Shown here in pieces: positions 42,321 to 55,345 of a stretch of 64,000 nucleotides of DNA. This DNA comes from the human T2T-CHM13v2.0 reference genome, Homo sapiens, in NCBI RefSeq assembly GCF_009914755.1, contig NC_060931.1. One strand, 5' to 3'. How positions within the stretch are numbered: the stretch's first letter is position 1; the number at the start of each line of letters is the position of its first letter. The notes beneath the pieces are model-generated. The model worked only from the letters and a program-made list of their open reading frames with translations. It had not been told where the DNA came from and did no database searches. A program made the translations under genes and the position numbers.

Positions 42321-44719
42321 TAAAGACAAAGGGCTGAACAAACATTTTTGCAACACAGGTAAGCAGAATAAAAATATATAAAATTCAATTAAAATTAACT
42401 CCCATCCCCAAAAATAGAAGCCTGGTATCAGTGGTAAACTGCTTTTTTACAACTTTATACTAAGGTTTCTTAAATTATATATTTGTTAATATTGTCATTC
42501 TGTTGACAACCCACATTTTACTACTTTATTTTCAGGCACTCAGGAAAAAGACTCACAATTGATGACCACAGAAATTATATAATCTCTCTCATTGCCATTT
42601 TTGGCAGAATGGGACAAGCTGTTAAGAATCATTAGCTGTTTAAAATGAATGATTTTAAATGAAAAGCTAAATACAATCTTCTTTCTTGTCTGCAAGAAAA
42701 ATAATGTTATAAATTTGAGTTTTTATATGGATGACTAAATGCTGAAAAAGTTCATATGACAAAATGAAATTCTATCTAAATACAGCTGGACTCCGGTAAG
42801 TAGGTAAATGCCTAAATCATACATAAAATTCTATTTGCCCTCGAGACTAGGGGCTTTTCCATTTTGTAGAGTCATTATAGTCTTTGACAGGCTGATGAAT
42901 CTGTGGACCCACAAATTTGCTCTAGTATAGATAGACTTCATTGCCTTTGCTCTCAATCGGAAATGTTATTCTGGGATAAAGAACAGAGATAAAACAGATA
43001 GAGCACACCATATTTGAGAAGCGATAGAAAGAATATTAAAATGACATAGTCTTATAAATCAGAATGGAGGTTTGGGGAAAATGAAACTTCCGTCAGTTAT
43101 CTATATTTTATTATTATATAATTCCGTTTGTTTACTTCAGTAAAATATCCATGATAAATAGCATATTAAATTTAGATCTACTCTTGAATCTGCAAGAATA
43201 CTTTTTTAATATCCTCATGTATAAAATTATATTTTTCAACTATGCCACAAAATGAACCCCTGTGGAAAGTATTTGATATTTCAAATATTTCTTGGTAAAT
43301 TAAAAAGTTTTGAAATAAAAATTCATTACTAGTTACTACTAGTGTAAAGAGATTCACATAGAAAATATTCCTCTTAGAAAAATCACGTGAGAATTATAGA
43401 CATCATAACATTCAATAAAAGGCTAACAGTTAAAGAAATACACAATTTACATTTAAAATTATAAAGAATATAAAAAGTTATTTTATATGATGATGGCTAT
43501 TACTTTAATTTTGAACCAATATAATTAGAATAAAACTATGTAACTAAGTTACCACAAGTGACCTTACTCTAGGTTTTCCAGAAAACTGAAGAAACAAAAG
43601 GTACATAGTATAATAGTAGAAAGCTAACCAAAATTTGAAACTGATTTTGTTTTAAAATTTTCAAGTTAACTAACAGCATCTTTGATATTGTTAAGATGTC
43701 TAGAAAATAAAATGTTTGTTACTCTAATGAGGCAATTGAAAGAAACATTAAGGCAAAAAAGGCATGGCGCACAAAATGAGATGCATGATATGCTAACATA
43801 CGCCACATAAAAAGCAGAGTGAATACTCGGAAGTGATTTTCTGTATGCAGTGAGAGGTAAGGGGATCTACCCATAATTGAGACCAATGGTTTATTACAGA
43901 AGAGGACTACTTTCAACTTTCATCCAGCTCCCAGCTTCTGTAAATGAGGATATATTATAAAGATTTAATATTTATTGCTTTTAGACCATAATAGATAAGT
44001 CCGGTGATAGATCCCCAGAAATAGAACCTGTATCTCTAGAGAAGCACAGAGCTATAGGAACACTGGATGGCAATAATTACTAACATGGTCTCCAGGCTAA
44101 TTATTTCAAACATAAACAGCAATGTTTATTATCTATCTATAAGCAGCCAAGTTATTAGTTCACCATGAAAATGAAATGTGCTTGCAGTGGAATATATCTA
44201 GTAAATTTAATAGAAATGGAATCTCACTGCTTCATTAAATTATACAATATCATCAATATCACATTCTGCTTTCATGGTCAGCTACAATAATGCTGCCCGC
44301 TAGTTTCACAGAAAGATATGTAGACAAGCAACAAAGCTAAAAATAAAAATCACCCATTATTGATAGCTATGGAAGGAGAAGTGCCTACCACAGTACAAGA
44401 TTCTGTTCTCTGTTGACCTACAATGAAAACATACAGCAGCTGTATGCCCAACTGGCTTTAATGTAGTAAACTGAAAAGTATCAACCGCACACAGAAAGGC
44501 AAGAATAATAGATAAATATAGACAGATAGCTATATACACACATATATATTTAGATACATAAATCTATATTCATTTAGATATATGAGTAAATAAGTCAAAA
44601 TATAAGGCAGTCCAAAAAGTCATAGTGCATATTTAAGTTTTAAATGTTCTGAAAATTAATTCCAAATATTGAGGCAATATTTTAGCCTGTTAGGAAACAA
44701 TGGCACCCAATGGCCATCT

Positions 44720-44880
44720 GTCCTTCTTTACTTCTCTTTCTTTCTCTGTCCTTCCTTTCTCCTTTCCCTTCCCTTCATCTTCTCTTCCTCTCCCTCCCTT
44801 CTATTCTTCCATTTATTCCCTCCCTTTTTTCCTCCCTCCCTCCCTCCATTTTTCTTTCATTTTTTTCTTGCTTTCCTCTA
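44720..44880. repeat. CT-rich low-complexity tract
   Basis: about 160 bp polypyrimidine; source of the F/S/P/L-rich ORFs 44669-45017. Confidence 0.85.
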
Positions 44881-45395
44881 ATGCTTATGGTGCATCTTTT
44901 GTGCCATACACTGTTCAGCATTGTGAAATACACTGGAAAAGGATATTTAATTATCTACCTCCTAAAAACTCTTCTGGTATAAAGAAGATTTTAAAAAGCC
45001 AAAAGAAAAGTCAATAAAAACAAATAAATATGTGTAATGTCAGGCAATGATAAGTGCTGTGAGAAAGACAAAGGACAGCCAGAGGACAGACAGTAATGTG
45101 CGTAGAATGAGGGAGGAAAATTTTGATTGAATGACAATAGAAGACTTCTCCAAAGGGGTGGCATATTGGTAGAGAGGTAAGTAAGGGAAGAGTAAGTCAA
45201 ATAACAATCCGGCAGAGCATTCCCAGATAAGGAAATCCCAACTAAAAGCCCTTCCGGAAGTGGAATGAACCTGTTGTGAACAGGAAGGCCAGAGTGGCTT
45301 ACATGGAGTTGTTAACAAGGAGACTGACAGGAAATGAATATGGAGTCATGGGCCTACAGCTTCTGACCCATAGGACAAAATGAAGACTTTCTTTA
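44880..45395 (-). mobile_element. L2 relic
   Basis: gtgccatacactgttc...tgataagtgctgtgagaaagacaaag...cagagcattcccagataagg. Confidence 0.65.
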
Positions 45396-45639
45396 TTCAG
45401 TACGGCTGTTATTCAGAGGATCGTATAATGGGAGGCTGATTTTCGTCAAACTAGAAGTCCAAAGGCAGGTTTCAAATACAAACAGGCTCCTCATTTCATA
45501 AATTACATTTGGATGCAGACTTTAAAAATTAGAGTATACTGAAGTCCTTTCAGCTATACATGGATATGTAATACTATAACCTAGCATATGTATGATGCCT
45601 CTCTCAGCTTATAAAATACTTTTATTACATTATTTGATT

Positions 45640-45800
45640 TCATAATCACATTCTTTTATAGTACACAGAGAAAGTATTTTAAACTTCATCTTAGATATGA
45701 AAATATTAAGGCTTAAAAGGTTAAATGAATAGCCCATGGCCACAATACTAATAAAAAAGTCTTGAGTTTAGAATCAACAAATATGCAAATGCCAAGAAAG
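45640..45800 (-). mobile_element. MIR
   Basis: agatatgaaaatattaaggcttaaaaggttaaatgaatagcccatggccaca. Confidence 0.55.
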
Positions 45801-45848
45801 TAGTCATTAGTAGTAAAAATCATTCTTTACATGAATAAAAGAATAGGA

Positions 45849-45950
45849 TATATATATATGTATATATATATGTGTGTGTACACATATATATACACATACC
45901 TGAGTGATGAAATAATATGTATATATACATATATGCATATATGTGTGTAT
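45849..45950. repeat. (TA)n/(TG)n/(CA)n compound microsatellite
   Basis: seen directly. Confidence 0.8.
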
Positions 45951-46835
45951 AGGTTGACTTTTTAGCTTTGTGTCAGTTAATATCCTCCATGGTCCCTTTT
46001 GCACTATCTGCTGGGAAAGAGCAGACTTTTCACTGTTCATATAAAAGCACTTTCTTTAGAGTTGAAAGTATGTATTTAACCCCCATGGGCTTTTTCTCAT
46101 GACAGTGTCTAAATCCCTTTGGTTTGTTAGGCACTAATGTGATACATTATTGCACTAACTGCTATTTTTTCAATGAAAACACAGCAATCCTAATGACTAA
46201 CTTAGACAAATAATGATTGCCACACTTTGAAAAGAAAGCAAAGATATTTAATTCTCTCTGCTTCATTATTTTACTATGCCTGAGAAACCAGCGTGAAGAT
46301 TCATTAATAATGTTAGAAATAACATGATTTCATGACAACATTCTGCAAGTTGCTTTTAACTCCATCCAGTTTCACAGTTCTGGCCCACAAAAAGGCCAAA
46401 TTAAAACATGACATAGAGAAATTATGTTTATAAACTATGGAAAAGTAGCAATTAAGAAGAGTACTCAGACCCAGTCATATCCATGTTAGAATGACTTTGA
46501 AGGAATTATATGTGTATACTATATAGGTACTTTTAGAACATGTTCAATTCTTGATCTCATTAGCAAGTGCACTGTGGCTTGTAAGAACAAGCAAGCCTCT
46601 TTTGACTCAATCTCTCTCTCTTTTCCTCCCCCGCCCCGCCGTCTCTCTCTCTCCCTCCCTCCCTTATTCCCTTCCTCCCTTTCCCAACCCCTCCTTTTGA
46701 AATGAGGACACCAGAAGTCTACTTTTTCATAGGAGGTCTTTCTATGTCATTGAAGAGAATGTATTTTGTTTTCTCTGGAATACTATAAGAGAATGAACTT
46801 TATCATTAACTGATAGATGTGTTAGGTCTAAAGTA

Positions 46836-46934
46836 CAGTCAGGCAACAAATAATGACATTATGGTCAACAACAGACTTCATAAACGATGGTGGTCTCATA
46901 ATAATACCATAATTTTACTGTACCTTTTATGTTT
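46836..46934 (+). mobile_element. Tigger3a/MER7-like DNA transposon, left part
   Basis: cagtcaggcaacaaataatgacattatggtcaacaacagac...tggtggtctcata...ttttactgtacctttt. Confidence 0.8.
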
Positions 46935-49869
46935 TTTAAGTTCAGGGGTACATGTGCAGGTTTGTTATATAGATAAACTAATGACATGGGGTTTGTTGTA
47001 CAGATTATTTCATCACTCAGGTATTAAGCATAGTACCCATTAGTTATTTTTCCTAATCCTCTCTCTCCTCCCACCCTCTACCCTCCACCATGCCCCAATG
47101 TCTGTTGTTCTCCTTTATGTGTTCATGTGTTCTCCTCTTTTAGTTCTCACTTAAAAGTGCTAACATGCGGTATCTGATTTTCCATTCCTGTGTTAGTTCA
47201 CTTAGGATAATGGCTTCCGGCTCCATCCATGTTTCTCCAGAGGATACAATCTCATTCTTTCAAATGGCTGCATGGTGTTATAGGGTGTATATGTACCAAT
47301 CTACTATTGATGAGCATTTAGGTTGATTCCATGCCTTTGCTATTGTGAATAGTGCTGCTGTGAACATATGTGTGCATGTGTCTTTATGGTAGAACAATTT
47401 ATATGCCTTTGGGTATACACCCAATAATGGGATTGCTAGGTTGAATGGTAGTTCTATTTTCAGGTCTTTCAGAAATTGCCACACTGCTTTCCACAATGGT
47501 TAAACTAATTCACACTCCCAACAACGATGTATAAGCATTTCTTTTTCTCTGTGACTTTGCCAGCACGTTATTTTTTGACTTTTTAGTAATAGCTATTCTG
47601 CTAGTGTGAAATGGTATCTCATTATGGTTTTGATTTGCATTTCTCTAATGATCAGTGATACTGAGCTTTTTTTCATATAATTGTTGGCTGCATGTATGTC
47701 TTCTTTCGAAAAGCGTCTGTTCATGTCCTTTGCCCGCTTTTTGATGGGGTCATTTTTTTTCTTACAAATTTGTGTATGTTCTTTATAGATTCTGGATATT
47801 AGACCTTTGTCAGAAACATAGTTTGCAAATATTTCCTCCTATTACGTAGGTTGTCTGTTTACTTTGATGACAGTTTCTTATACTATGTGAAAGCTCTTTA
47901 GTTTAATTAGAGTCCGTTTGTTAATTTTTTCCTTTTGTTGCAATTGCTTTTAGTGTGTTCATCATGAAATCTTTGCCCATGCCTAAGTCCAGAATGGTAT
48001 TGTATAGGTTGTCTTCCAGCATATTCATAGTTTTGTTTTTTACATTTAAGTGTTTAATCCATGTTGATTTTTATATATGGTATAAGGAAGGGGTCCAATT
48101 TCAATCTTCTGCATATAGCTAGCCAGTTATCCCAGCCCCATTTATTGAATAGAGAGTCCTTTACCCATTGCTAGTTTTTGTTATTTTTCTCAAAGATCAA
48201 ATGGTCATAAGTGTGAGGCCTTATTTCTGGGCTCTCTTTTTCTGTTTCATTGGTCTATGTGTCTGTTTTAGTACCAGTGCCATGCTGTTTTGATTACTGT
48301 AGCCCTGTAGTATAGTTTGAAGTCAGGTAACATGATGCCTCTGGCTTCGTTCTTTTTGCTTTGGATTGCCTTGACTATTCAGGCTCTTTTTGGTTCCATG
48401 TGGATTTTAAAGTAGTGTTTTTCTCTCTGTGAAGAATATCATTGAAGTCTGAAAGGGATAGCACTGAATGTGAAAAATGGTTTGGGAAGTACAGCCAATT
48501 TTAACTATATTGATTCTTCCTATCTACGAGCATGAAATGTTTTTCCATTTGCTTGTATCATCTCTGATTTCATTGAGCAATGTTTTGTAATTCTTACTAT
48601 AGAGACCTTTCAACTCCCTAGTTAGAAATCTTTCAACTCCCTGTATTCCTAGGTATTTTAGTATTTTTGTGGCTATTGTGAATGGGATTGCATTCTTGAT
48701 TTGGTTCTCAGTTTGACTGATGTTGGTGTATAGGAATACTAGTGGTTTTCGTACATTGATTTTGTATCCTGAAACCTCACTGAAATTGTTTATTAGCTTA
48801 AGGAGCTTTAGGGCTAAGACTATGGGGTCTTCTAGACATAGAATCATGTTATGGGCAAATACGGAAAGTTTGATTTCCTATCTTCCTATTCGGATGCACT
48901 TTATTTCTTTCTCTTGCCTGATTGCTCTGGCCAGGACTTCCAATACCATGTGGAATAGGAACGGTAAGAGAGGGCATCCTTGTCTTGTGCCAGTATTCAA
49001 GGGAATGGGAATGCTTCCAATTTTTGCCCATTCAATATAATGTTGGTTGTGGGTTTGTCATAGATGGCTGTTATTATTTTGAGGTATGTACCTTCAGTAC
49101 CTAGTTCATTGATAGTTTTTTTCAAGAAGAGATTTTGAATTTTATCAAAGCCTTTTCTGCATCTATTGAGATAGTTATGTGGGTTTTGTCTTTAGTTTTG
49201 TTTATGTGATGAATAACATTTATTGATTTGCATATGTTGGACCAACCTTGTATCCCAGAGATAAGTCTACTTGATTGTGGTGGATGAGCTTTTTGACGTG
49301 CTGCTGGATTCAGTTGGCCAGTATTTTGTTGAGGATTTTTGCATCAGTGTTCACTAAGGATATTGACCTAAACTTTTGTTGTTGTTTTCGTGTCTCCGCC
49401 AGGCTTGGGTATCAGAATAATTCTGGCCACACAGAATGAGTTAGGGAGGAGTCCCTCCTCCTCACTTTTGTTGGAAGAGTTTCAGTAGGAATAGTACCAG
49501 TAGGAATAGTACCAGCTCTTCATTGTACATCTCATAGAATTTAGCTGTGAATCCGTCTGGTCCTGGACTGATTTTTGTTGGTAGGCTATTGATTACTGAT
49601 TCAATTTGGAGCTTGTTATTGGTCTGTCCAGGGATTCCATTTTTCCCTAGCTCAGTCTTGAAAATTCCTGGACAGATATTATCTGTCGAGGAATTTATTC
49701 ATTTCTTCTAGATGTTCTAGATGTTCTAGTTTGTGTGCATAGAAGTGTTCATAATATTACCTGTTATTTGTATTTCTGCAGGGTTGGTGGTAATATCTGC
49801 TTTGTCATTTCTAATTGTATTTATTTGGATCTTCTCTTTTCTTCTTTATTAGTCTAGCTACTAGTCTAT

Positions 49870-49870
49870 T

Positions 49871-49923
<53 letters not shown>

Positions 49924-50035
49924 TTTTTTTTTTTTTGAGATAGAGTTTCACTCTTATCGCCCAGGCTGGTGTACAATGGCATGATCTTGGCTCATTGCAA
50001 CCTCCATCTCCCAGGTTCAAGTGATTGTCCTGCCT
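49870..50035 (-). mobile_element. 5'-truncated AluSp/Sq inside the L1, (TTTA)n tail
   Basis: gagatagagtttcactctt...caatggcatgatcttggctc. Confidence 0.88.
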
Positions 50036-52202
50036 TATTAAAAATAAAAAAAAATCCTGGATTCATTGATCCTTTGAATGCTTTTTCATGTCTCAGTCTC
50101 CTTCAGTTCAGCTCTGATTTTGGTTATTTCTTGTCTTCTGCAAGCTGTGAGGTTGATTTGCTCTTGGTTGTCCAGTTCTTTTAGTATGATATTAGGTTGA
50201 TAATTTGATATCTTTCTAACTTTCTGATATGGGCATTCAGTGCACTAAATTTCCCTCTTAACACTCCCTCAGCTGTGTCCCAGAGATTCTGGTGTGTTGT
50301 ATCTTTGTTCTCATTAGTTTCAAAGAACTTTTTGATTTCTCCCTTAATTTCATTATTCATCCAAGGTCATTCAGGAGCAGGTTATTTAATTTCCATGTAA
50401 TTGTATGATTTTGAGTAATTTTCTTAGTCTTGATTTCTAATTTTCTTGTGCTATAGTCTGAGAGAGTGGTTATGATTTCAGTTCTTTTGCATTTGCTGAG
50501 GATTGCTTTATGTTCAATTGTGTGGTTGATGTTAGAGAATGTGTCATGTGGCAATGAGAAGAATGTATATTCTGTTTTGGGGTGGTGAAGAGTTCTGTAG
50601 ATGTCTGTAAGGTCCATTTGTTCCAGTGATGAATTCAGGTCCTAAATATCTTTATTAATTTTCTGTCTCAATGGTCTGTTTAATACTGTCAGTGGAGTGT
50701 GGAAGTCGCCCACTATCATTTGGGGGAAGTCTGAGTCTCTTTGAAAGTCTCCAATAACTTGCTTTTTAAATCTGGATTCTTCTGTGTTGCATGCATATAT
50801 ATTTAGGATAATCAGATCTTATTGAATTGAATCCTTTACCTTTACGCAGTGGCCTTCTTTGTCATTTTTGGTCTTTGTTAGCTTAAAGTCTACTGTCTGA
50901 AATTAGAATTGCAACCCCTGCTTTTTTCTGTTCTCATTTGCTTGGTAGATTTTTCTCCATCCCTTTATTTTGAGCCTGTGGGTTTCACTGCCTGTGAGAT
51001 TGGTCTCTTGAAGACCGCATACCACTGGGTCTTGGTTATTTATCTAGTTTGTCACTGTGTGCATTTTAATTGGGGGCATTTAGCCTATTTACATTCAAGG
51101 TTAGTATTGAGATATGTGAATTTGCTCCTGTCATCGTGATGTTAGCTGGTTGTTACGCAGAGTTGTGTGGTTGCTTTATAGTGTCACTGGTCTGTGTACT
51201 TAAGTGTGTTTTTGTAGTGGCTAATAATGGTCTTTCCTTTCCATATTTAGTGGTTCCTTCAGGAGCTTTGTAAGGCAGGTCTGGTGGTAACCTCAGAATT
51301 CCCTCAGTATTTCCGTTTCTGAAAAGGATCTTATTTCTCCTTTGCTTATGAAGCTTAGTTTGTCCATATATGAAATTCTGGGTTAGATTTCTTTTCTTTA
51401 AGAATATTGAGTATTGGCCTCCAATCTCTTGTGGCTTGTGGGGTTAATGCTGAGAGGTCTGCTGTCAGTCTGATGGTCTTTTCTTTGTGGGTGACCTAGC
51501 TTTTCTCTCTAGCTGCCTGTAACACTTTTTCTTTCATTTTGACCTTGGGGAATATGATAATTGTGTCTTTTTGTTTCATTTTTGACCTTGGGGAATATGA
51601 TGATTGTGTGTCACTTCACGTGAAGTTCCTTGCTGGTATTCTCTGCATTTCCTGAATTTTAAGGCTGGCCTCTCTAGCTAGCTTAGGGAGGGTCTCATTG
51701 ATGATATTCTGAAACATGTTTTCAAAGTTGCTTTCATTCTCCGCATCTTTTTCAGGAGCACCAATGAGTCATAGATTTGGTCTCTTTATTTAATCCCACA
51801 TTTCTTGGAGATTTTCATTTTTTTTCTCTATTTTTGTCTGACTGTTATTTCAGAAAATCAGTCTTCAAGCTCTGAAATTCATTCCTCCACTTGGTCTATT
51901 CTGCTATTAACATTTGCAATTACATTATGAAATTCTTGTAGTGTGTTTTTCAGCTCTCTCAGGTCAATGATGTTCTTTTTTATACTGGCTATTTTGTCTT
52001 TAAGTTCCTATACCATTTTATTGTGATTATTAGCTTCTTTGGATTGAGTTTCAATGTATTCTTGCATCTCAATTATCTTCATTCCTATCCATATTCTGAA
52101 TTCTATTTCTGTCATTTCAGTCATATGAGCCAAGTTTAGAACACTTGCTAGAGAGCTAGTGTGATAGTTTGGAGGAAAGAAGATACTCTGGCTTTTTGAG
52201 TC

Positions 52203-52324
52203 GAATTGAGGTGGAAGGTATTTAAAAATGTCCTTTGGGAACTATTGGCTCCCTCATATTTTTCCCAATTGGCTGATATACAAAGATTTGAGCTGGGTAC
52301 TGAGCCAAAGCAAAGATTAGTATC
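52203..52324 (+). repeat. 122-bp insert copied from 54480-54601
   Basis: 114 of 122 identical; interrupts the L1. Confidence 0.95.
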
Positions 52325-53948
52325 TTGAGCTGATTCTTTCTCATCTTTGCAGGCTGATATTCCTTCAATCTTTGAAGTTGCTGTCCTTTGATGGTTTCAT
52401 TGTGTTTTTTCTCTTACCCTATTTGATGACTTTGAGAGTTTTATTGTGGTAGATATAAGGTGGGTTCAGTCGACTGCCTTCATTTCTGGAATATATTGGG
52501 GGGCAAAGCTCAGCTCACAACTCCTGGACTGCATGCCCTAACGCTAGGGGACTGATATTGATCCTTGACTCTTCTCTCTGGCTCCTCAAGGTTAGGAACC
52601 CACTGTGCTGGTGGGGATCGAGATACTACCAGACCACTAGTCACCACACTTTGATGGATGGTGTCAGCCGAAGTGTTTTGTAGGCCAGTGGTAGCAGATC
52701 AATCCTCATTCTCATTTGCCAGCTGCAGCAGAAGCATGGCAGGGTGCATGCTCATCAGCTGCAACAGAGTGCTACCAGGTGTTGGGGTGTCAGCTTTCAT
52801 GCAGGTATTCACAGCAGTGATGGAGGCGGCATGTCTCAGAGGAAGAGGTGCCCCCATTGGTGACTCTGTGCATGGTCACACTGGTGGTGGTGTTAGCATG
52901 AGGGCAGGGCACTGGTGGGTGCAGGTGTGTGTCTACCCTCTGTGTGCATTCATGCAGGTAAAGGTGGCTGCTCAGGGTGGGGGAGGGTTTGTTGCTCTCT
53001 GTGCCTAGTTTCACTCTGGCAACAATGTTGGTACAGGGGTAGGGTTCTGTGACTGCCAAGGCCCTAACTGTAACAGTGATATGGCAAGGGTATGGGGGGC
53101 GGAGAGCACTCATGATGGCAGCAGTGGCAGAGCAGGGTTCATGCATACAAACATGCTGGTGTGGTAGGGAAGAAAAGATTTGCCTGCACACACACATGTC
53201 GGTAAAGTGATTGGGGGTTGGCCATGGGCCCAGGGGACGCTGCAGTGAAGGGAGGGACTGGGTGGGTGCTGCTCTGCTGGAGCTCTCTGCTGGTCAGGTA
53301 CCATCTGCCACAGCAGGAGCTATGATGCAGGCCCCCAGGGCACCTGAGGCTGTACTGCAAGCAGGCACAGCCAGGCTGGGGCCCTGAGACAGGCTAGTAC
53401 ACCAACACATGCTCAAGTCAAACCGGTCTCATCAGATGGTCAAGACTGCCCAGCAGAGGTCAGGTCTGACAGTTCCCCTAGGGCTAAAGTCTCCCGTGAG
53501 AACAAGTTGAAATTAGGGGGATGGGCATCCCTGGCCATACTCTGGTACAGATGTTCCCACACCAAACCCACAGGGCTCCATACTGACTGCAGTGCTGCCT
53601 CTACCACTTCTCTAAGCAGCTCTCTCTGCCACTCAAGTGGCCCTGGCAGTTGAGGGGTCTCCTCCTGCTGGGATTCCAAAGGTCCATGGCAAGAGCAGGT
53701 CACTCCTTGCCATTTTAACTCTCCCCATTCCCTGGCATTGCTGGGGGCCAGGAATGAGTCCCAGTGTGTAGCAGCCTCATGTAGGGCTCCCAGCTTCTTC
53801 CCACTTCAGCCCAGCTTCTGTGTCTTCCTCAGTCTACTCTCAGTGCCTTCCCTCTGAATATCTGTTAGGACTGTGCCAGTCATCTCGGTCCCTTGGTGGC
53901 AGCTGTTCCACCTGGCTGCATCTAGTCGGCCATCTTGCCCTGAATTCA

Positions 53949-54085
53949 TTTTATGTTTAGATATGTTTAAACACACAAATACTTACCATTGCATTACAGT
54001 CGCCTATGGTTTCAGCAAAGTAACATGTCATGCAGATTTGTAGCCTAGGAGCAATAGGCTATACTGCATAGCCAAAGCATGTAGC
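53949..54085 (+). mobile_element. Tigger3a/MER7-like, right part
   Basis: atgtttagatatgtttaaacacacaaatacttaccattg...tttgtagcctaggagcaataggctata. Confidence 0.85.
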
Positions 54086-54104
54086 ACTGACCACTCTTCA
54101 TCAA

Positions 54105-54290
54105 ACCTAAGTGTAAAAGAACACAGGTTCTCTATTTCTTTGGGTCTTCATTTTCTGAAAGCTCCTGTGTCACATAAAATTTATATTAAATACATGTGTA
54201 TAATTTTCTCTTGTTAATCTGTTGTCTGTCATAGGTACCTCAGCCATGAACCTAGCAATGGGTGAGAAAATACATCTTTTCTTCCATACA
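54105..54290 (+). mobile_element. MER34-like LTR 3' fragment
   Basis: ttctttgggtcttcattttctgaaagctcctgtgtcac...cagccatgaacctagcaatgggtgag...ataca. Confidence 0.75.
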
Positions 54291-54790
54291 GTTGGAATCT
54301 CTTCTAAAAACTTTTGTTATATTACACAACACAGTTTTAAGGGCAGTAAGAGAAGAGTTATTATTTTACAGACTGTCATGGTCACGCTTTACAGAAAAGC
54401 ACTACTTGTACAAACTCTATACTGTACCTTTTTGGCAAAGAAATTGTTCCAAAGGAGAGGTGACTTTAGGCACAACAGAGAACTGAGGTAGAAAGTATTT
54501 AAAAATGTCCTTTGGGAACTATTGGTTCCCTCATATTTTTCCCAATTGGCTCATATACAAAGATTTGAGCTGGGTAGTGAGCCAAAGCAAAGACTAATAT
54601 CAGACCTGGGAAATAGAAGTACACTCTAAATGCAGATAAAATCAATGGGATGACCAAAAAGAATTTCAGAAGAAGATAACCTCAACAGATAAAAAATGGA
54701 AAAATAAATGAAGGGAAAAAATAGAAGTTATAAAAGAATTAATTTCAAAAGATTTCCCAGAATAGGTATTTGAGCTTCCTCAAATAGATT

Positions 54791-55345
54791 CAGTTTTTCC
54801 ATAACACTTGTTTTAAATAGCAAATTTGCTCAAACACAATTGGTATATTAGAAAACAATTTTAACATAATGCAAATTTTTATTTTGCTTATATGTGATTT
54901 CATTGGCAAGAAACACTAGTGACTTCAGAAAACTGTGTGTAGCTAAACCAAGCATTGGAAGACAATAACACACACACATACGCACTCCTACCCGCCACCT
55001 CAGTTCACAGTATGTGCTATGAGTCACCCCTACCCACATACAGTGTTACAACTTTCTCTCTACTTCATTGAACCCTCCTTCCACTGCTGCAAAACAATTC
55101 ATAGTTGCAACCCTTCCGACTCTCACTGTACAAGCAAATTTTAGGCCTTTTTAAATGTAAAATGCCATATTTATTGTAGTATGTCTATATATTTTTAACC
55201 ATTTACCACATGCAAAACTATACTACCATTTTTTATTAGGTTCTAGCTTTTGTATTGTCACTGACAAAGTTTTTGAGGGCTGTGCTCCTAACCCTATTTT
55301 TCCCATAAACCCTTCTGATTGTTTTATTGTATGATTTTCAGTAAA
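54791..55345. mobile_element. MER82-like Tigger DNA transposon
   Basis: gttgcaacccttccgac...aatgccatatttattgtagtat...ctaaccctatttttcccata. Confidence 0.65.

Larger units (their letters stand above)
46935..53948 (-). mobile_element. full-length L1PA13-16-like LINE-1, ORFs disrupted
   Basis: 3' end ttaagttcaggggtacatgtgcaggtttg; ORF2 fragments [28 protein letters not shown]; 5' end reverse complement gggcaagatggccgactagatgcagccagg; TSD ttttatgttt at 46925-46934 and 53949-53958. Confidence 0.95.

Noticed and set aside
52658-53703. GC-rich region with several ORFs, resembling a promoter or first exon
   Set aside because: It is the 5'UTR of the L1PA element and is CpG-depleted.
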